A program made the translations under genes and the position numbers. The notes beneath the pieces were generated by a model. The model searched no databases and was not told where the DNA came from. It saw only the letters and a program-made list of their open reading frames with translations. Below are positions 58,552 through 64,000 of a stretch of 64,000 nt of DNA, in pieces; position 1 is the stretch's first letter; each line of letters begins with the position of its first letter. This DNA comes from Opitutales bacterium (GTDB taxonomy: Bacteria > Verrucomicrobiota > Verrucomicrobiia > Opitutales > PNEW01), in NCBI GenBank assembly GCA_965197745.1, contig CBDANS010000007.1, positions 160,001 to 224,000 on the forward strand, in the 5' to 3' direction.

Positions 58552-60276
58552 TCACGCTTTTACTTTTTCCTCAGTGGGGGCGACGTAATCCCCCTTAACG
58601 CCTTTCGGATTAGTGCGATTGTAGGCGCTGACTAAAGCTTTCAGGCCGGCCATTTCAATATTAGTATCAATACCCACGCCCCAAAAGCATATTTTATTAT
58701 CGATGTGTTCAATCTCGATATAAGCGGCGGCATCAGCAGCAGATCCACGGGTTATAGCGTGCTGGCGGAAGTCGAGCAATTGGAAGTTTTTCAGTCCCGC
58801 TTGATCCATGGCATTAACAAAGGCGGCAATAGGCCCATTGCCAACTCCCTCAATATGCATCTTTTCATCAGCATATATAATTTCCGCCTGGCAGTTCACA
58901 TGGTGGTGATCGGAGGGATCGGTAATTATGTTGTAGGATTTTAAATCGAGAGGACTTTTGCGATCAATATATTCACGATAGAAAGCATCGTGAATTTCCT
59001 CTGCATTCAATTCCCTGCTTTCGGAGTCCGCGATGATATTAACTAAATTCCCAAATTCAGGATGCATTTTTTTAGGCATTTCCAATCCAAATTCGCGTTC
59101 CATAATATAAGCTACGCCGCCTTTGCCACTTTGGCTGTTGATACGTATAATCGCCTTATAAGTACGACCGATATCTTCAGGGTCGATAGCGAGATAAGGG
59201 ACCTGCCACAAAGCGCCTGGAGTGGGGGACATTTTTTCCATGCCTTTTTTGATAGCATCCTGGTGAGAACCTGAAAACGCGGTAAATACCAAATCCCCAC
59301 TATATGGATGGCGATCGTCTACTGTCATTCGCGTGCAACGTTCGTAAATGTCGCGTACTTCCCTGATTATGGTGAGGTCAAGATAAGGGTCTATTCCCTG
59401 AGAATATAGGTTTAGCGCGACGGTTACGATATCGAGATTTCCGGTGCGTTCACCGTTGCCAAAAAGCGTTCCTTCGACGCGTTCAGCGCCGGCCATCAGA
59501 GCTAACTCCGTGGCAGCCACGCCGGTGCCACGATCATTATGGGTGTGCAAGCTGATCACTGCTTTATTTCGCTCTTTAATATGGCGGCAGAACCATTCGA
59601 TCTGGTCGGCATAGATATTAGGTGTAGCTAATTCTACAGTAGCGGGAAGATTGAGAATAATGCGCTCTTTTTCTGTCGAATCCCAGGCTTCCATTACCGC
59701 TTCGCATACTTCGAGGGAATAATCCAACTCTGTGTCTGAAAAACTTTCCGGTGAATATTCATACCTGACGTGAGTATCCGGAACTGTTGAAACAAGACTT
59801 TTAACCAGTTCGGTCCCTTTAACGGCAATAGCTTTGATCTGCTCTTTACTCATCCCGAAAGTTACTCGCCTCTGCAGAGGGTTGGTTGAGTTATAAAGGT
59901 GGACGATGGCTTTTTTGGCGCCGCGAATGGATTCAAAGGTGCGCCGAATGAGATGTTCGCGCGCCTGGACTAATACCTGTATTTCGACATCATGTGGAAT
60001 TAAATCGTTTTCAATTAAATGCCGCGTGAATTCATATTCGGTATCAGAAGCGGAGGGAAACCCTACTTCAATCTGTTTAAAGCCGAGACGGCACAACAGC
60101 TTGAACATCTCGAGCTTTTCTTCGATGTTCATGGGAATGGCCAGGGCCTGGTTGCCATCGCGTAGATCGACACTACACCAGGTAGGCGCGCTGTCTATGA
60201 CCTTGTTCGGCCATTGACGATCGGGTAAATCGATCTTTTTAAAGGGTCGGTATTTTGAAATAGATTTTTTTTTCAT
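58552..60276 (-). CDS. leuA: 2-isopropylmalate synthase (LeuA type 2)
   Basis: WCSVDLRDGNQAL, EYSPESF, SLHTHNDRG, GNGERTGN, RINSQSGKGG. Confidence 0.97.
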   Translation of the reverse strand: MKKKSISKYRPFKKIDLPDRQWPNKVIDSAPTWCSVDLRDGNQALAIPMNIEEKLEMFKLLCRLGFKQIEVGFPSASDTEYEFTRHLIENDLIPHDVEIQVLVQAREHLIRRTFESIRGAKKAIVHLYNSTNPLQRRVTFGMSKEQIKAIAVKGTELVKSLVSTVPDTHVRYEYSPESFSDTELDYSLEVCEAVMEAWDSTEKERIILNLPATVELATPNIYADQIEWFCRHIKERNKAVISLHTHNDRGTGVAATELALMAGAERVEGTLFGNGERTGNLDIVTVALNLYSQGIDPYLDLTIIREVRDIYERCTRMTVDDRHPYSGDLVFTAFSGSHQDAIKKGMEKMSPTPGALWQVPYLAIDPEDIGRTYKAIIRINSQSGKGGVAYIMEREFGLEMPKKMHPEFGNLVNIIADSESRELNAEEIHDAFYREYIDRKSPLDLKSYNIITDPSDHHHVNCQAEIIYADEKMHIEGVGNGPIAAFVNAMDQAGLKNFQLLDFRQHAITRGSAADAAAYIEIEHIDNKICFWGVGIDTNIEMAGLKALVSAYNRTNPKGVKGDYVAPTEEKVKA

Positions 60277-60355
60277 TTGATTGAAAAATTTAGCATTAAT
60301 AAATTCGATAGTTCCAACGGAAGCCACTGATGATTAGATTACCCTGAATAGTGGC

Positions 60356-60379
60356 TTGTGCGGATATATATCCGCACAA
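60356..60379. promoter_or_regulatory. Perfect 24-bp palindrome in the leuA leader
   Basis: TTGTGCGGATATATATCCGCACAA. Confidence 0.7.
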
Positions 60380-60415
60380 CGGTAACAGAAAATAGTACGA
60401 CAAAACTTCTCCCCC

Positions 60416-60475
60416 TCAGGGGAGGAGGCTGAGAAGAGCGATAAGGTCAATTTGCCGGTTGATGCTCATCTTCAT
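60416..60475 (-). CDS. Leu-rich leader (attenuator) peptide of leuA
   Basis: ATG AAG ATG AGC ATC AAC CGG CAA ATT GAC CTT ATC GCT CTT CTC AGC CTC CTC CCC TGA = MKMSINRQIDLIALLSLLP; Leu codons pair with the following GGGGGAGAAG. Confidence 0.8.
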   Translation of the reverse strand: MKMSINRQIDLIALLSLLP

Positions 60476-60660
60476 TGTAGAGCTTATGATTTCTTAAATG
60501 GTTGTATTTGTCAAGTCTGTGCGGTGAAGTCTTTTCATTGCCATAGGGGTGGCATATACTAAATTAGAGGGGAATGATTTTTAGTGAAGATTAAAGGATT
60601 AGTATAGTATATTTATTTAAAGACCTGTTAATATACCGGATCAATCAATTATTATTTTAG

Positions 60661-61218
60661 ATGAAAGGAGCGATTAAAAATAAGATTATTGTCTTGGGAG
60701 TAACGGGATCCATTGCAGCCTATAAATCAGCGGACATTGTCAGCCAGTTAAATAAAGAGGAAGCTGAGACCTATGTCGTGATGACGCGGGAAGCCGAGGC
60801 CTTTATAACACCGATGACGCTGCAAACGCTCAGCCGTAATCCTGTCTCAACAGATCTATGGGAAGAGGGTAACGGCTGGCAACCCGGCCATATCGAACTG
60901 GCGGACAAGGCCGATCTCTTGTTGGTGGCCCCTGCTACGGCCAATATTATTGCTTGCTTTGCCTATGGCCTGGCCCCCGATTTATTAACTTCTATCTACT
61001 TGGCAACTCCTGCCCCGGTAATGATCGCCCCCGCGATGAATGGTAAGATGCTGTCTCATCCCGCCACGCAGCAAAACCTTAAGGTATTAAGGGATCGGGG
61101 TAATATAATTATAGAACCCGACCAGGGAATGTTGGCATGTGGTTATGAAGGCAAGGGAAAGCTCAGCAGTGTTGAGACAATTTTATCCGCGATCGAGACT
61201 AATTTTTCAAGCCGTTGA
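60661..61218 (+). CDS. coaC: Phosphopantothenoylcysteine decarboxylase (stand-alone HFCD flavoprotein)
   Basis: LGVTGSIAAYKS, HIELA, APATAN, PAMN..M, LACG..GKG. Confidence 0.85.
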   Translation: MKGAIKNKIIVLGVTGSIAAYKSADIVSQLNKEEAETYVVMTREAEAFITPMTLQTLSRNPVSTDLWEEGNGWQPGHIELADKADLLLVAPATANIIACFAYGLAPDLLTSIYLATPAPVMIAPAMNGKMLSHPATQQNLKVLRDRGNIIIEPDQGMLACGYEGKGKLSSVETILSAIETNFSSR

Positions 61219-61330
61219 ACATTTTAGTGAAGGAGAACGAATCGGGCTTTTAATTAACAGTGAGTTCTTAATTGCTGGCTTGCCTGTAAAAAGGATACCC
61301 GTCTAATAGTTATAAGATCATTTTTTCCCT

Positions 61331-63625
61331 ATGGCTTCCGAAGACAATTCTCAAAACGGACTCGACTTATCCGACGAATTCCTGACACCGGGTGAAAAAT
61401 TCGGCGATCACCAGGTAATGCAGTGCTTGAGTTTTGACATGTTGTGCGGTATCTACCGGATGCAGAATATCAGAAACTTTGAAGAAGTATGTATCGCGGT
61501 ATTTTCACAAAAAGTGTGCGCTACAACTGATTTTTCTGATCGGTTTTCTTCTGTAGGTGAGAAACTAAAAAAACTCAATCATCCCAATGTTCTTCAGGTT
61601 ACTGATTACTCGATAATCGACGAACATTACGTTCTTCAGATGGAACCCTTTGCCGGGGCCAACATGGTTGACTACCTGGAGACTTATGTTGAAGAGCGTC
61701 AAAAGAATACAGAAGAAGGTGAGGCAAGCACTCAGGATATCGCTGAAGGATCAGTAAAAGAGATGTTGGGGGAACAGGTATCAGGGTTGCCAGCCCTGGA
61801 AATAAAAAATGTAATCAAGCAAGCAGCTGAAGCGATGGAAAGTGCCTCTCAGGCCGATGTTCATCATTATAATCTTAACCCCACATCTCTTATCCGGTCT
61901 CCTGAAGGCCATGTAAAAGTGTCGGGGATCGGGATAATTGAGATCGCGGGTAATGAGTTGGTCGAAGAATTAGTGGCGACTGAGATGCCAACCGTAAATA
62001 TTGGGGCTGATAATATTCTGATTAATACTTTAAAGGCGCTCAGCCCGGAAGTGGCTCTTGGTCAGGAATCCGATGAGCACAGTGACTTTTTCGGGCTTGG
62101 CTACTGTGCTTACTATCTTCTTACGGGGAAAAGACCTGAGGGTGAATACGATGCTCCCTCCAAAATATCAGCGCGTATTCCTGAAGGGTGGGATACGTTC
62201 ATTAATCGGTGTTTGGAGAAAGAACCATCCAAGCGCCATACCAATGCCAGGATACTGCTTAACGAGGTGGAAAGAATTGATCGCGCGTCGATACCCGGGG
62301 AAGTATCTGACGATGCCTTGTCCCGGCAAATTGAAAGGATACCGCTACCTAAAAATCTGGAAAAGCGCTTGAATCCAAAAAAACTGAAAATTATACGCTT
62401 ATGCATATTAGGTATATTCGCGGTCCTGGTAGTACGTCTGGCGACATTTTCTTACTCAGTCCTTTTCAAGGATGAACAAACGTCTTCGGCTCCAATTGTC
62501 AGCCTGGCTGAAGAAGGGTCGGAGCCAAAGCTACGGCTGGCAGTCAAGCCTTCCATTGCCAAGGTGACATTTAAGGGGCGGGGGAGCAGTATATACTTTG
62601 TTCTTAAGGACGGGAAACTCAACGTAGATATCCCTTCGGGTAATTATACAATGATCATAGAAGCCAAAGATCACAAGTCCAAGATGGTTCAGCTTGATGT
62701 GGGCAGAGATCCCATAAGTGACAAGCACATTCGATTGGAACCCGCCTGGGCGCTGCTTGAACTGAGCGGGAACCCGGGGGCAAGCGTTCAAGCAATTAAT
62801 GAGGACGGTGACCAGTTTGAATTAGGTGTTATTCCGGATAATGGAGTTTTACGCGTGGAAAAAACCCTCGTTACCGGTAACTATAATATTATTGTCTCAC
62901 TTCCGAACTACCTGACCCTGACTACCGAGTCTATACTCCTCCCCCTCGGTGAACTGAAAGAACACGCGGTATCGCTGGCACCGGCACCTTGAAAATTAAA
63001 TATCCTATCTAATCCATCCGGTGTCATGGTTTCATTAAATGGAAAATCTATCGGCGAAACCCCCCTGGAAGTGAGCGATCATCCCGTGGATAGCCTTACC
63101 TGGAATAAAGCAACGGCCTTTTGTCGAAAAATTACGGAACAGGAGCAGAAAGCCGGGCGACTCCCTTTAAATTATACCTACCGTTTACCCACAGAAGCAG
63201 AATGGAATTACGCCTGCCGGGCGGGTAGCGATACTCCTTTTTCCTTCGGGGACCAGGCTGATCCCACACAAGGGAATTTCAGGGGTGGATACCCGCGTGA
63301 ATATGCTGAAACACTTAACCTCAGTAAGATCTATGGATCACAAATGCATGGAAGCTATGAGCCCAATGCCTGGGGTCTTTACGATATGCATGGCAATGTA
63401 AGCGAGTGGTGCTATGATCGTTTTAACTCGCGCTATCCAGGAGGTGTAACAACCGATTATGCCGGACCCCAAAGTGGTGAAGATCGCGTAATTCGTGGAG
63501 GTGGCTGGGAGGATTTTGCCCATAATTGTCGAACCTCAAGCCGTATTCGGCGAAATCCAGTTACGATAAGTCCGTCAACAGGATTTCGTATTGTTCTTGC
63601 TCCAATCACCAAGTGGGACAATTAG
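61331..63625 (+). pseudogene. Pseudokinase-TM-PEGA-FGE-sulfatase (SUMF1) protein, split by in-frame TGA at 62990-62992
   Basis: ORFs 61331..62992 and 63026..63625 share a frame: LAPAP*KLNILSNPSGVMVSLNGKSIGETPL (PEGA); RLPTEAEW, N.WGLYDMHGNV.EW, GFR. Confidence 0.8.
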
Positions 63626-63746
63626 TATAATTTATCACAGGTGAACTTTCGGTATTACTCTTATCAGCTTATTCATCCTATATCGATAGCGCGTATATTA
63701 CTATTTATGGGTTGATATACAGGATAAAATATTAGATTACAATTGT

Positions 63747-63844
63747 TGGCCGGGTCCTATGCAATGTCGTACCGGTGAACTCCGCCAGGCCCGGAAGGGA
63801 GCAACGGTAGCCAGGATTCGCATGTGCCGTAGGGTGCCTGGCCA
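63747..63844 (+). ncRNA. ffs: Signal recognition particle RNA (small type)
   Basis: Domain IV core CCGCCAGGCCCGGAAGGGAGCAACGG; terminal TGGCC/GGCCA pairing. Confidence 0.93.
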
Positions 63845-64000
63845 CTTTTATTTATCTCATTATCTGCCCGGGTAATGTATTTGGTATGGGTATGCATCTT
63901 AAATATTTTATTAACTCCGGGTGAAATCCCTTGTCTTCCCAACCCTTGTCTTTCATATAGTAAATTAACAGACATTGATGGAAGCAGGTTACCAAGTAAT

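Noticed and set aside
62990..62992. TGA as selenocysteine or genome-wide recoding
   Set aside because: Position corresponds to Gly in PEGA, no SECIS-like hairpin recognised, and many genes here end normally in TGA.
63026..63625. FGE-sulfatase/CLec domain as a DGR target
   Set aside because: No reverse transcriptase and no template-repeat copy in the window.
4206..63975. Numerous 60-180 aa ORFs antisense or out-of-frame to the called genes
   Set aside because: Shadow ORFs with no motifs, overlapping well-supported genes.

Overview
Bacterial chromosomal window of moderate GC. Gene content (long three-domain IspG, LeuA type 2, integrase with NAMRH motif, kinase-PEGA-FGE protein) suggests Verrucomicrobiota/PVC, which is an inference. 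1-6060 is the right end of an integrated island: a tyrosine integrase, a tRNA-3'-like att remnant, secreted Cache and outer-membrane cargo, and a decayed IS3-family element. The most striking observation is in that IS3 orfB. Four related but non-identical 32-43 nt inserts, built from GNA-triloop/tandem-GA mini-hairpins, each sit in a conserved integrase-core codon and each replace the middle A of an inferred GAA/CAA codon. 6.1-11 kb holds htpG, a DUF488 gene lacking a canonical start, and hypotheticals. 11-27 kb is an accessory oxidative amine/amino-acid-type cluster (2 P450, 2 Rieske proteins, amidohydrolase, class III and IV aminotransferases, 2 DAO-type oxidases, PhyH, 2 SDR, VOC). 27-44 kb carries glycosyltransferases, ECF sigma/anti-sigma, queA, Fur, a Kelch-SSS sugar locus, a TonB/ECF-S/PRTase locus and larA. 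44-64 kb is mostly housekeeping: rph, ispG, rseP, dxr, cdsA, uppS, recD2, Mla/Pqi, leuA with a Leu-rich leader peptide, coaC, a broken pseudokinase-PEGA-FGE gene, and SRP RNA. All calls are by eye from motifs; no database searches were run.
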